From Candidatus Eiseniibacteriota bacterium (GTDB taxonomy: Bacteria; Eisenbacteria; RBG-16-71-46; SZUA-252), in assembly GCA_031370645.1 (NCBI GenBank), contig JANMQV010000006.1, positions 11,314 through 75,313 of the forward strand: DNA of 64,000 nt, given 5' to 3'. The notes under the pieces are model-generated. The model did not search any database, had not been told where the DNA came from, and saw only the letters and a list, made by a program, of their open reading frames with translations. Positions 43,626 to 53,217 of this stretch are shown here, piece by piece (the first letter of the stretch is position 1; each line of letters opens with the position of its first letter). The position numbers were made by a program, and so were the translations under genes.

Positions 43626-44711
43626 TCAGTGGACCTGGAGCATGCGGTCGAGCGCTACCCGCGCCCACTTCTTCGTCGTCTCGGGGACGCGGATCGGGTT
43701 GACCACCTCGCCTCGCACCAGGCTCTCCAGCGCCCAGAGGAGGTTCTGCGGCGAAATTCGGTACATGGTAGCGCAGAGACAGAACTCTTTCGAGAGGATC
43801 ACGATGTTTTTCTCGGGCATCTGCTTCGCGAGCCGATTCACGAGATGGTACTCGGTCCCCACGGCCCACTTGGACCCGGCGGGCGCCTCCCGCAGCGTTC
43901 GGATGATGAATTCCGTCGAACCGACCGAGTCGGCCATGGCCACGACTTCGTGGGGCACCTCGGGATGGACGAGGATCTTGACCTCCGGGTCCTCGGCCCG
44001 CCGATCGAGCACGTGCTTCACGTGGAACTTCGTGTGAACCGAGCAACACCCCTTCCAGACGATGACGCGAACAGCCCGGAGCGTCTCCTCGGAGAGTCCT
44101 CCCTGCGGCCTGGCCGGATCCCAGACGGCGATCTCCGCTTCCGGAATTCCCATGGCGATCGCTGTGTTCCGCCCCAAGTGCTCGTCCGGGAAGAAGAAGA
44201 TCTTCTCGCGCTGCCTGAACGCCCATTCGAAGATGGCGCGGCAGTTCGAGGAGGTGCAGACGGCGCCGCCGCGCTCCCCGCAGAACGCCTTCAGCTCGGC
44301 CGTCGAATTCATATAGGTGACCGGCGTAACCGAGTGGAGGCCAAGCCGCTCGAGCGTCGCGCCCGCCTCGTAAACGTCCTCGGATTGGGCCATGTCGGCC
44401 ATGGAGCAGCCGGCGTTCAGGTCGGGGAGAATGACCGTCTGGTGCGGCGCGCGGAGGATATCGGCGCTCTCCGCCATGAAGTGGACGCCGCAGAAGACCA
44501 GGTAATCCGCGTCGGTTCGTTCCGAGCCAAGGTGCGCCAGCTTGTAGGAATCGCCCGTGATGTCGGCGTGCTGGATGATGTCGTCGCGCTGGTAGTGATG
44601 CCCCAGGACGATCAACCGCTTCCCCAGAGCGCGCTTCGCCTCGGCGATCCGCGAGGCGAGCGCGGCGTCATCCAGCGAAAGGTAGACTTCGGGCAAAAGC
44701 GTTCGAGTCAT
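43626..44711 (-). CDS. nadA: Quinolinate synthase
   Basis: LGHHYQ, FCGVHFMAES, AGCSMAD, YMNS, CTSSN, GCCSVH, VHPE and CATM. Confidence 0.95.
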   Translation of the reverse strand: MTRTLLPEVYLSLDDAALASRIAEAKRALGKRLIVLGHHYQRDDIIQHADITGDSYKLAHLGSERTDADYLVFCGVHFMAESADILRAPHQTVILPDLNAGCSMADMAQSEDVYEAGATLERLGLHSVTPVTYMNSTAELKAFCGERGGAVCTSSNCRAIFEWAFRQREKIFFFPDEHLGRNTAIAMGIPEAEIAVWDPARPQGGLSEETLRAVRVIVWKGCCSVHTKFHVKHVLDRRAEDPEVKILVHPEVPHEVVAMADSVGSTEFIIRTLREAPAGSKWAVGTEYHLVNRLAKQMPEKNIVILSKEFCLCATMYRISPQNLLWALESLVRGEVVNPIRVPETTKKWARVALDRMLQVH

Positions 44712-44746
44712 CGTTTCATTCTTCGATGCGGCGCGGCGGGCGTCAA
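44712..44746 (-). promoter_or_regulatory. sigma70-type promoter placed for a leaderless nadA mRNA
   Basis: TTGACG (44746-44741), 17 nt, AAGAAT (44723-44718), 6 nt, ATG. Confidence 0.6.
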
Positions 44747-44951
44747 GGGCTTCCCCCCGGAGGGGGCTCGAACCGTGCGCTTCCTTGCCGCGTCTAAGTT
44801 CACAGAACGCGCCTCGTTAGCGGTCCGTGGGCGGGCGCGCCGGGGTTCCCCTGGACCGGGCCGCCGAGGGTGCCCTAGAATCGGCGGCCAGCCCTCCAAG
44901 GCCAAACTTCCTGATACTTCCGACGCGGCCATTCACGAAAGGGTTTCCGCT

Positions 44952-46763
44952 TTGAACGCGCCGACTCCGATTCGGGTCAACGAGTTCAACCTGCACGTGG
45001 CGACGGTCAACGGCTCGGGGAGCCAGACCGCCAACACGACGCTGCTCCGTTCCATCTTCCAGATGGGGATTCCGGTCGGCGGGAAGAACCTCTTCCCCTC
45101 GAACATCGCCGGCCTTCCCACCTGGTTCACAATCCGAGTGAGCGAAAAGGGGTATCTCGCACGTCAGAAGGCGAACGATTTCCTCGTCGCCCTCAATCCC
45201 GAGACCGCCGCCGCCGACATCGCGGCCATGGGACCCGGCTCCGTCATCGTGGTCAACGAGGGCGTTCCGCTTCCTCCGGTGCCCACCGACCGAACCGTCC
45301 ATGTCGTTCCACTCACGAAACTGGTCGAGCCGATCGTTCCGGACGCGCGGCTTCGGAAACTGGTCGTGAACATGGTCTACGTCGGCGTGGTCTGCCACCT
45401 CCTCGGCATCGATCCCGAAGAAGTCGACCGGGCGCTCGCGGCACAATTGGGACGGAAGCAAAAGGCGCTCGCGATGAATCGCGAAGCGATCCGCGCGGGG
45501 TTGGAGTTCGGACGCGCGAACCTCGCTCCGGCGCCCTTCCGTGTCGAGCGGAGAAACCTCGTCGGAACGAAGATCCTCATCGAGGGGAATACGGCCGGCG
45601 CGCTCGGAGCCATGTTCGGCGGCGTCACGTTCGCCGCGTGGTACCCGATCACTCCCTCTTCGAGCCTCGCCGAAGCGCTCCAGAACTATCTCGATCGCTA
45701 CCGCCGCGACCCGAAGAGCGGCGCCGCCACGTTCGCGATCCTCCAGGCGGAGGATGAAATCGCGGCGATCGGAATGGTGCTCGGCGCCTCGTGGGCCGGA
45801 GCGCGCGCCATGACGGCGACATCGGGGCCCGGCCTTTCGCTCATGACCGAATTCATCGGCTACGCCTATTACGCCGAGATCCCCGCCGTGATCTGGGACA
45901 TCCAGCGGATCGGCCCGAGCACGGGGCTCCCCACCCGGACGTCGCAGGGCGATCTCCTCTCCGTGGCCTTCATGTCGCACGGCGACACGAAGCACGTGAT
46001 GCTCTTCCCTTCCACGGTGGACGACTGCTTCCGCTACGGCATGACCGCCTTCGATCTCGCCGATCGGCTTCAGACGCCCGTCTTCGTGATGAGCGATCTC
46101 GACCTCGGGATGAACATCTGGATGTCGGAGCCGTTCACCTACCCCGAGAAACCCTGGGACCGTGGAAAGGTCTTGAGCGACGAAGAAATCGCGCGACTCG
46201 GCAAGTTCGAGCGCTACCGCGACTCCGACGGCGACGGCATTCCCTACCGAACCGTCCCGGGACAGAAGCATCCGCTCGCCGCATACTTCACGCGCGGCTC
46301 GGGGCACGACGAGCAGGCGCGCTACACGGAATCGAGCGAGACCTACCCGCGCGTCATGGACCGGCTCTCGAAGAAGTACGACACGGCTCGGAGGCTCGCG
46401 CCGGCGCCGGTCGTCGATCGGACGCCGCGCGCCACCGTGGGGCTCCTCTCCTATGGCTCCACGGCCTGGGCCATGGAAGAGGCGCGCGATCTTCTCCGTT
46501 CCGAGGGGATCGAGACCTCCCACTTGCTCCTGAAGGCCTTTCCCTTCCACCCCGATGTTCGCGCCTACATCGAGTCGTACGAGCGAGTCTACGTCGTGGA
46601 GCAGAATCGCGATGGGCAGATGGCGTCGCTCCTCCGGATGGACATGCCCGATCTGGCGCCGCGGTTCCGCTCCATCCTTCACTATGACGGCCTCCCCATC
46701 GACGCTGTGACGATTCTCGACGGCGTGCGAAGCGGTGAGCGCGAGGAGGTGACGGTCCGATGA
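44952..46763 (+). CDS. korA: 2-oxoacid:ferredoxin oxidoreductase, fused gamma/alpha subunit (KorA-type)
   Basis: ATVNGSGSQTAN, FPSNIAGLPTW, WYPITPSSS, QAEDEIAA, ATSGPG and GPSTGLPT. Start reset to TTG 44952. Confidence 0.9.
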   Translation: MNAPTPIRVNEFNLHVATVNGSGSQTANTTLLRSIFQMGIPVGGKNLFPSNIAGLPTWFTIRVSEKGYLARQKANDFLVALNPETAAADIAAMGPGSVIVVNEGVPLPPVPTDRTVHVVPLTKLVEPIVPDARLRKLVVNMVYVGVVCHLLGIDPEEVDRALAAQLGRKQKALAMNREAIRAGLEFGRANLAPAPFRVERRNLVGTKILIEGNTAGALGAMFGGVTFAAWYPITPSSSLAEALQNYLDRYRRDPKSGAATFAILQAEDEIAAIGMVLGASWAGARAMTATSGPGLSLMTEFIGYAYYAEIPAVIWDIQRIGPSTGLPTRTSQGDLLSVAFMSHGDTKHVMLFPSTVDDCFRYGMTAFDLADRLQTPVFVMSDLDLGMNIWMSEPFTYPEKPWDRGKVLSDEEIARLGKFERYRDSDGDGIPYRTVPGQKHPLAAYFTRGSGHDEQARYTESSETYPRVMDRLSKKYDTARRLAPAPVVDRTPRATVGLLSYGSTAWAMEEARDLLRSEGIETSHLLLKAFPFHPDVRAYIESYERVYVVEQNRDGQMASLLRMDMPDLAPRFRSILHYDGLPIDAVTILDGVRSGEREEVTVR

Positions 46764-47857
46764 GCACCGCCGCGAAGACCCCCGCTCCCGGCCCGGTCCC
46801 CGGCCCCGCGAAGAACCGCATCGGTTTGACGCAGGCCGACTACAAGGGGTCGAAATCGACGCTCTGCCCCGGCTGCGGGCACGACGCCATCACGAACAGC
46901 ATCGTCACGGCCGCGTTCGAGATGGGGCTCGAGCCGCATCGCCTGGCGAAGCTCTCCGGCATCGGCTGCTCCAGCAAGACGCCGGCCTACTTCATGAGCC
47001 GGTCGTTCGCGTTCAACGCGGTCCACGGGCGGATGCCTTCCATCGCGACGGGCGTTCATGTGGCGAACCGCGAACTCCAACTGCTCGGCATTTCGGGCGA
47101 TGGCGATACCGCGTCGATCGGGATCGGGCAATTCATTCATTTGATCCGGCGGAACATCCCGGTCGCCTACTTGATCGAGAACAACGGGGTCTACGGACTC
47201 ACGAAGGGGCAATTCTCCGCCACCGCGGACCTCGGCACCCGCGCGAAGACGGGGCGCGTGAACGAGATGATGCCGATCGATCTCTGCGCGCTCGCGATCG
47301 AACTCGGCTGCGGCTTCGTGGCGCGCTCCTTCAGCGGCGACCCGAAACAGCTTCGCCCGATTCTGAAAGCCGCGCTCTCCCACCGCGGCACCGCGGTGAT
47401 CGACATTCTTTCCCCCTGCGTCACGTTCAACAATCACGAGGGCTCGACCAAGTCGTACGACAACGTGAAGGAGCACGACGCGCCGCTGCACGACATCACC
47501 TTCGTTCCGGCGCACGAGCCGATCATGGTCGACTACGCGCCCGGCGAATCGCGCGAAGTGAGGCTTTTCGACGGATCGCGCGTGACGCTGAAGAAACTGG
47601 GCGACGACTACGATCCGAGCGACGGCATGCGCGCCATGGTCACGCTCCGCCAGGCGCGGGAGGAGGGAAAGTTCGTGACGGGCGTGCTCTACGCGAATCC
47701 GGAAAAGACCGCCTTCGATCGCGAGATGGGAATGGTGGAGCAGCCGCTTTCGTCGTTAACGCTGGAGCAGGTGCGGCCCGGACGCGAGGCGCTCGAGGAG
47801 ATCATGGCGAGCCTTCGGACCGGTGCCGGGGCGCCCGTCGCGGCGGGCGGAGGCTGA
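46760..47857 (+). CDS. korB: 2-oxoacid:ferredoxin oxidoreductase beta subunit (TPP-binding)
   Basis: LCPGCGH, SGIGCSS, HGR, SGDGD, NNGVYGLTKGQ and SPCVTFN; ATGA overlap with the alpha gene. Confidence 0.92.
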   Translation: MSTAAKTPAPGPVPGPAKNRIGLTQADYKGSKSTLCPGCGHDAITNSIVTAAFEMGLEPHRLAKLSGIGCSSKTPAYFMSRSFAFNAVHGRMPSIATGVHVANRELQLLGISGDGDTASIGIGQFIHLIRRNIPVAYLIENNGVYGLTKGQFSATADLGTRAKTGRVNEMMPIDLCALAIELGCGFVARSFSGDPKQLRPILKAALSHRGTAVIDILSPCVTFNNHEGSTKSYDNVKEHDAPLHDITFVPAHEPIMVDYAPGESREVRLFDGSRVTLKKLGDDYDPSDGMRAMVTLRQAREEGKFVTGVLYANPEKTAFDREMGMVEQPLSSLTLEQVRPGREALEEIMASLRTGAGAPVAAGGG

Positions 47858-47864
47858 TCGGCGC

Positions 47865-48185
47865 CTAACGGCGAGAACGCCGGAAGCGCTCGGCCACAGC
47901 CGCGAGGAGGCGGCGGGCCCAGGGTGCGACGATCATCGAATGAATCGCGCGGGCCATCGCCGGCTGATCCGGCGGTGGCCCGTCGCTTCTTACGACGAAG
48001 ACGTCGGGGTCGGGCGTGAAGGTGACGTCGGTGACGTTCGGCAGGGAGCGGAGTGCGGCGTCGGTGCGGCGGACGCAGATGGAATCGCAGGCTAGTCCCG
48101 TGACCCTCACTTCGAGCGCGCCGTCCTCACGGCGCCGGACCGACGCCACCTCGGGTCGCTCGAAGATGTTCCGGAGGCCGGGCAC
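47865..48185 (-). CDS. Small HMA-like domain protein
   Basis: VRVTGLACDSICVRRTDAALRSLPNVTDV resembles the HMA fold with CxxxC spacing; abuts the rhomboid stop. Confidence 0.55.
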   Translation of the reverse strand: MPGLRNIFERPEVASVRRREDGALEVRVTGLACDSICVRRTDAALRSLPNVTDVTFTPDPDVFVVRSDGPPPDQPAMARAIHSMIVAPWARRLLAAVAERFRRSRR

Positions 48186-48929
48186 CTACTCCTCGTCGCG
48201 GTTCGGGTCCTCGCCGCGCGTATCGCGATAGTAGAGTTTGAACTTCTTCCGAAGCGCGGCCTGCCGCCTCGACTCCTGCCACTCCTTCCACGACGGAATC
48301 CTTAGCCCCGATCCCGCGCGCCATCCGCGGAGGTAGAGATAGCCGAAGAGCATTCCGCCGAGGTGCGCCACGTGCGCCACGCCGCTCCCCGAGGCCGAGA
48401 GGCTCGACCAGAAGGTGATGAGTCCGAGGATGAGGACAAACCATTTCGCCTTGATCGGCACGATGAAGTAGAGGAGGAGCGTGCGATCGGGAAAGAGGAT
48501 TCCGTAAGCGGCGAGAAGTCCATAGATGGCGCCCGAGGCGCCGATGATCGGAATGTACGAATTCCACGACGCCAGGACCGAGCAGAGCCCGGCGCCGACG
48601 CCCGTCACGAAGTAGAAGAGCGTGAACCGCTCGCTCCCCCACGTCTCCTCCAATTCGCCCCCGAACATCCAGAGCGCGATCATGTTCAGCGCAAGGTGGA
48701 GAATGCCGCCGTGCAGGAAGAGGTAGGTGCCGAGTTGCCAAAGGAAGAAGTGATGCGTGACGTCGTACGGCACGAGTCCGAAGATCTGATCGAGCCGCGT
48801 GTGGGCGAGCGCTTCGGCCAGCACCTGAAACGTGTAGATGACCACGTTCGCGATGAGAAGCGTCTTCACGACCGGTGGGACCGATCCCCCGAAGCCGGTC
48901 CGGCGCTGATCCGACCAGGTCGGTCTCAT
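48186..48929 (-). CDS. Rhomboid-family intramembrane serine protease
   Basis: WQLGTYLFLHGGILHLALNM, catalytic GASG and AHLGG. Start reset to ATG 48929 (ATGA overlap). Confidence 0.92.
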   Translation of the reverse strand: MRPTWSDQRRTGFGGSVPPVVKTLLIANVVIYTFQVLAEALAHTRLDQIFGLVPYDVTHHFFLWQLGTYLFLHGGILHLALNMIALWMFGGELEETWGSERFTLFYFVTGVGAGLCSVLASWNSYIPIIGASGAIYGLLAAYGILFPDRTLLLYFIVPIKAKWFVLILGLITFWSSLSASGSGVAHVAHLGGMLFGYLYLRGWRAGSGLRIPSWKEWQESRRQAALRKKFKLYYRDTRGEDPNRDEE

Positions 48930-50236
48930 CGACGGCCCGGTGTGGGCGCGCCGGCCCGGCTCGCGCCCGCCGCCAGGTAGTGCCCCCGCTCCGCGCTCGT
49001 GTCGTCGAACGCCTGGCGGATGAGGGAGTCCTGCTCCACGCGAAATTCGATCTTCCGCCGCTCCATGGCGCGGGCGGCCGTTTCGATCATGTCGGTGATC
49101 CGGTGCTCCACGAGCGCTTCCGGCGTTCCCCAGACGAACGAGGGAACGTAGGTCGGCTGAAGCGCGGTGCCGTAGAGATTGCAGCCGATTCCCACGACGG
49201 CGCCGGTCGGGAACGTCGCCCCGATCCCTGTCTTCGTGTAATCCCCGATCGTGAGCCCCAGGAGCCGCTGGCCGCTGTCGGTCGCCGCGCCCTCGAGCCA
49301 GGCGTCGGCCGAGGTAAAATAGCGGACGTTCGAGTAGTTGTTCTTCAGGTCGCTCGTGATCGTCCCGGCGCCCAGGTTGACCCACTCGCCGACGAAGGAG
49401 TGCCCGACGAAACCGTCGTGCTGCTTGTTGGCGTAACCTTGGAAGACCGTTGCCTCCACCTCGCCGCCGATCTTACAGACGGGGCCGATCACGGTTCCCT
49501 CGCGGATCTGGGCGCCCGCCTTCACCCGCGAGCCCTCCCCGACCACCGCGGGACCTTCGATGTAGGCGAGCGGCTCCACGACCGCGTTCTCAAGAATGAG
49601 GATCGGCCCGCCCTCGGCGTTCAAAACCGCTCCCGGCATGACGCGCGCCCCGCGGGCCACGTGCACCGCGTCGGCCTGTAACAGGTGAGCCCCGGGATCG
49701 ATCCGACCGCGAACCGTGCCGGCCTGAAAGGCGTAGCGGAAGTCCTGCACGATTTGGCGCGGGCTCCAACGAATGAGATCCGCGGCCGAGCGTGCGAGAA
49801 ACGCGTTCACCTCCGCCGGGTAGCGGAGTTCTTCGAACGCCTTCTCCGGCTCCCCCTCGCGAAGCCAGCGCGCGACGTGCGCGACGCGGCTCCCCGAGAC
49901 CTTCGCGGCAAAAAGCGTCCCGTCCGCCATGAAGGAGGCTTCAAGCGGCGAAGCGGCGAGAAAATGGAGCACCTCGTCGTCCGTCATGCAGAGCCGTCCG
50001 TTGATGAAAAGCGTCTCCTCCTCCGGCGGTTCGCCGACCACCGCAGTCGGGTAGAGGAGCCGCGTCCACTCCTCGAGCTCGGAACGGACCATGAGCGCGA
50101 GCGTCGCATCAGGAAACGCACGGACGAGCTTCTCGACGAGCGTGAAAGCCCCGCAACGGAGGCCGAAAACGGGCCGGAGGAGCGTGTGCGGTCCGAAGGA
50201 ACGAACCGCGGGATCCTCGTAGAGGCAGAGGTTCAT
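48926..50236 (-). CDS. GlmU-like putative sugar nucleotidyltransferase / hexapeptide acyltransferase (FCB type)
   Basis: LRPVFGLRCGAFTLVEK, hexapeptide repeats, KIGGEVE, NKQHDGFVGHS and WVNLGAGT..SDLKNNY. Confidence 0.85.
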   Translation of the reverse strand: MNLCLYEDPAVRSFGPHTLLRPVFGLRCGAFTLVEKLVRAFPDATLALMVRSELEEWTRLLYPTAVVGEPPEEETLFINGRLCMTDDEVLHFLAASPLEASFMADGTLFAAKVSGSRVAHVARWLREGEPEKAFEELRYPAEVNAFLARSAADLIRWSPRQIVQDFRYAFQAGTVRGRIDPGAHLLQADAVHVARGARVMPGAVLNAEGGPILILENAVVEPLAYIEGPAVVGEGSRVKAGAQIREGTVIGPVCKIGGEVEATVFQGYANKQHDGFVGHSFVGEWVNLGAGTITSDLKNNYSNVRYFTSADAWLEGAATDSGQRLLGLTIGDYTKTGIGATFPTGAVVGIGCNLYGTALQPTYVPSFVWGTPEALVEHRITDMIETAARAMERRKIEFRVEQDSLIRQAFDDTSAERGHYLAAGASRAGAPTPGRR

Positions 50237-50290
50237 GACTGCAGCGTAGAGGCGCGCCCGAAACGCGTCAAGTAAGGTACAATGCGCGCC
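50237..50290. promoter_or_regulatory. Overlapping divergent promoters, both placed for leaderless mRNAs
   Basis: Minus: TTGACG (50271-50266), 17 nt, TACGCT (50248-50243), 6 nt, ATG 50236. Plus: TACAAT (50278-50283), 7 nt, ATG 50291. Confidence 0.7.
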
Positions 50291-51841
50291 ATGAACGATT
50301 CGAAACGGGACGACCCGGCCGCGCCCCCGAGTACAACGAAGAACGGGTCGACGGCTGCCGGCGCTCCCGTAGCGCCGCGCGAACCGTCGGCCCGCGCGCT
50401 TCGCTCACGCGAACATCGAATTCCCCGCCGGCATCGCGTCTTCGTGAATCGGAATCTCCGCATGACGCGCATCCGCGCGATCGGCTTCGATCTCGATCAT
50501 ACCCTCGCGCACTACGACCCGATCCCGGTCGAAGATCTCGCGTTCGACCTGACGAAGAAGAAACTCGTGGAGTTCCGCGGCTACTCTCCCGAGATCTTGA
50601 AGTTCGCCTATGACCCCCACTTCGTGGTTCGGGGGCTCGTGGTCGACAAGAAGCGCGGAAATCTCCTCAAGATGGACTACTTCAATTTCGTCTCCCGCGC
50701 GACACACGGGCTCACGTCGCTCCGTTCCGAAGAACGGAGGCGGGCGTACCGCACGTCGCGCGTCCGAGTCGGTCACGAGAACTACGTCTCGGTGGACACG
50801 CTCTTCCACCTCCCCGAAGTCTATCTCTACGCGGTTCTCGTCGATTTCCTGGAGAGGCAGAAGCCCGCCGGGGGAGTCGACTACGAAAAGGTCTACGGCG
50901 ATGTCCGCGCCATGATCGACGAGGCGCATCGGGACGGGAGCCTCAAGTCGATCATCACGAGCGACCTCGATCGTTACATTCGATTCGATCCCGAACTCCG
51001 TGTCGTCCTCGAGGAGTTCCGGCGCGCCGGGAAGAAACTCTTCCTCCTGACGAACAGTGAGTGGTCGTACACGGACAAGCTGCTTCGCCACCTCATGGAG
51101 CGGGGGCGCGGCGCGCCGGAGCACTGGTCGGAACTCTTCAACGTCGTCCTGGTCGATGCGCAAAAGCCGGGGTTCTTCGCGGAGACGGAAGCGCCGTCGC
51201 CGATTCCGGAACTGAAGGGGCAGAAACTGGCCGCGATCACCGGGAGCGGAGGAGGCGGAGCGTATCTCGAGCGAGCGCTCGGCGCCGCCGGCGAGCATGT
51301 GCTCTATTTCGGGGATCACACCTACGGCGACATCTTGCAATCGAAGCGGGCCCTCGGCTGGCGCACTGCCATGCTCGTCCCCGAGCTCGACCGGGAGATT
51401 CAGGTAACGCAGGACTACGCCAAGGAGTTCGACCGGCTGTCGAAACTCTCTTCGGAACGTCATCACATCGAGATCGACAAGGCGGCCGTGGGTCGCGAGC
51501 ATCGCCGGCTCGCCCAAGTTCTCGCGGACGGTGATACGAACGACGCCGCGAAGCGGGAGGAAATGACGAAGCGGATCGAGGAAATTCCGGAACAGATCGC
51601 CGAGATGGAGCGGCGGAGCCTCGAGCTCTCCGGAGAAATCGAGAGCGTTCAGGTGAAGATCGACCGCGCCTACAATTCGCGTTGGGGGTCGCTCTTCCGG
51701 GAAGGCAACGAGTCGAGCCGCTTCGGACATCAGTTGAAGGACTTCGCCTGCCTCTACACGAGCCGGGTTTCGAACTTCCTTCACTACCCCTGGAACTACT
51801 ACTACCAATCTCCTGTCGGCTACATGCCGCACGATATCTAG
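50291..51841 (+). CDS. HAD-IG (cN-II type) 5'-nucleotidase
   Basis: VFVNRNL, GFDLDHTL, RGLVVD..RGNLLK, FLLTNS, KPGFF, YFGDHTYGDI and YTSRVSNF. Start set to ATG 50291 because ATG 50282 lies inside the -10 box. Confidence 0.9.
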   Translation: MNDSKRDDPAAPPSTTKNGSTAAGAPVAPREPSARALRSREHRIPRRHRVFVNRNLRMTRIRAIGFDLDHTLAHYDPIPVEDLAFDLTKKKLVEFRGYSPEILKFAYDPHFVVRGLVVDKKRGNLLKMDYFNFVSRATHGLTSLRSEERRRAYRTSRVRVGHENYVSVDTLFHLPEVYLYAVLVDFLERQKPAGGVDYEKVYGDVRAMIDEAHRDGSLKSIITSDLDRYIRFDPELRVVLEEFRRAGKKLFLLTNSEWSYTDKLLRHLMERGRGAPEHWSELFNVVLVDAQKPGFFAETEAPSPIPELKGQKLAAITGSGGGGAYLERALGAAGEHVLYFGDHTYGDILQSKRALGWRTAMLVPELDREIQVTQDYAKEFDRLSKLSSERHHIEIDKAAVGREHRRLAQVLADGDTNDAAKREEMTKRIEEIPEQIAEMERRSLELSGEIESVQVKIDRAYNSRWGSLFREGNESSRFGHQLKDFACLYTSRVSNFLHYPWNYYYQSPVGYMPHDI

Positions 51842-53217
51842 ACCCGGAGCGCCTCCACCAAGAGTTCCACGGCGCGCGCCACGTGCTCGGGCGCCATGCG
51901 GCGCGAGGGGTAGAGCGAGAGCACGTTCCCACCGCGCCCTCCCGGAAGGACGAGAAGCCCGCGCCGCATCAGGTCGCGACAGATCATGGCCGCGCGAGCG
52001 GGGTCGGGCGCCTTGGTAGCGGCATCGGACACGAGATCGATCGCGAGCATGAGTCCCGCCTGGCGAACGTCGCCGACACCGCGGCACGATTTCACCTCCC
52101 TCAAGCCCGATTCGAATCCACGCGCAACCCCCGCCGCTTCCTCCTCCGTCGACTCCAGGAGTGAAAGGGCGGAGAGCGCGCCGGCGCACGCGATCGGATG
52201 TGCGTAGAACGTGCTCGCGTAGGGCGCCTCGCCCGATGCGGGAAGATGCTTCGCCCAGACTTCCATGACGCGCGGCGTCCCAAGCAGCGCCGCGATGGCC
52301 ACGCCTCCTCCGATCCCCTTCCCCGTCACGAGCAAGTCGGGCTCGGCCGCGGCGCCACCGTTCGACCGACTCCACGCCCAGAACGGCCCGGTCCGCGCAG
52401 CCCCGGTCAGGATCTCGTCGTAGATCACGAGCATTCCTCTCGAGCGGGCGCGCGCGACGAGTCGCGGCAAGAACTCGGGTGGCGGCACGATAACGCCGGC
52501 GCGTCCCTGGATCGGTTCCACGAGAACCGCGCCGGGGGGGTCGGGGCCGTCGCACGCCCTTTCGACTTCCTCCCACCCTTCCTCGAAGCAGGCGAGGTCG
52601 CACCCGCCGCCTTCGCGCTCCAGGGGACAGCGATAGGGATCGGGGAAGGGAATGTGGATCGCGCGACGGGAACCGGGCGGCCGAAGCAGTCCGGGCGACG
52701 CGGGAAAGTGCGTGACCTCGAGCGCGGCTCCACTCTGCCCGTGGTAGCCGCCCTCGAACGCGACGACGCGGCGGCGTCCCGTGGCGAGCGCCGCGGTCTG
52801 AAGCGCGAGATCGACCGCGTCGGATCCCGTCGAGGCGAAGAGCACTTTGGAGAGCCGGCCTCCGAGCTTCGACAAACGGCGCGCCAATTTTTCCCTGGTG
52901 GCGTGGGGCTGCAAATCGCCCAGCCCCTGCGCCATCGTTCGGGCCTGGGCCGCGACGGCGCGCGCGATTTCGGGAGCCGCGTGGCCGAGGGAGGCGACGC
53001 CGAATCCCGACGTGAGATCGAGATACCGATTCCCGTCGAGATCCTCGACAACGGAGCCCTTCGCTCGTGCCCAGACGATCGGTTGCGAATCCGCTCCCCA
53101 GATCGCCGCCCCCTCCGCGCGTCGCAGCCGTTTCGAAGCGGCCAGCGACTTCGGGCCGGGCGGAGGAGTAACGATCTCCGGCAGTTCGTCCCCGCGCAGC
53201 GGCGGACGGCGCGTCAC
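51838..53217 (-). CDS. Class III PLP-dependent aminotransferase (GABA-AT-like)
   Basis: DLDGNRYLD, TGSDAV, GYHG, VEPIQG, DEILTG..RTG and TGKGIGGG. Start reset to GTG 53217 (GTGA overlap). Confidence 0.9.
   Translation of the reverse strand: MTRRPPLRGDELPEIVTPPPGPKSLAASKRLRRAEGAAIWGADSQPIVWARAKGSVVEDLDGNRYLDLTSGFGVASLGHAAPEIARAVAAQARTMAQGLGDLQPHATREKLARRLSKLGGRLSKVLFASTGSDAVDLALQTAALATGRRRVVAFEGGYHGQSGAALEVTHFPASPGLLRPPGSRRAIHIPFPDPYRCPLEREGGGCDLACFEEGWEEVERACDGPDPPGAVLVEPIQGRAGVIVPPPEFLPRLVARARSRGMLVIYDEILTGAARTGPFWAWSRSNGGAAAEPDLLVTGKGIGGGVAIAALLGTPRVMEVWAKHLPASGEAPYASTFYAHPIACAGALSALSLLESTEEEAAGVARGFESGLREVKSCRGVGDVRQAGLMLAIDLVSDAATKAPDPARAAMICRDLMRRGLLVLPGGRGGNVLSLYPSRRMAPEHVARAVELLVEALRV

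Noticed and set aside
44747-44830. GGTTCGAGCCC on the minus strand resembling a tRNA T-loop
   Set aside because: The flanks do not form a 5-bp T-stem, and no acceptor or anticodon arm can be built.
44780-44945. Rex-like half sites (TTCAC) upstream of korA
   Set aside because: They do not form the TTGTGAA-N4-TTCACAA palindrome.
43413-44951. Apparent 513-aa N-terminal extension on the oxidoreductase alpha subunit
   Set aside because: It is antisense to the ferredoxin and nadA genes. Recognisable KorA sequence begins only near TTG 44952.
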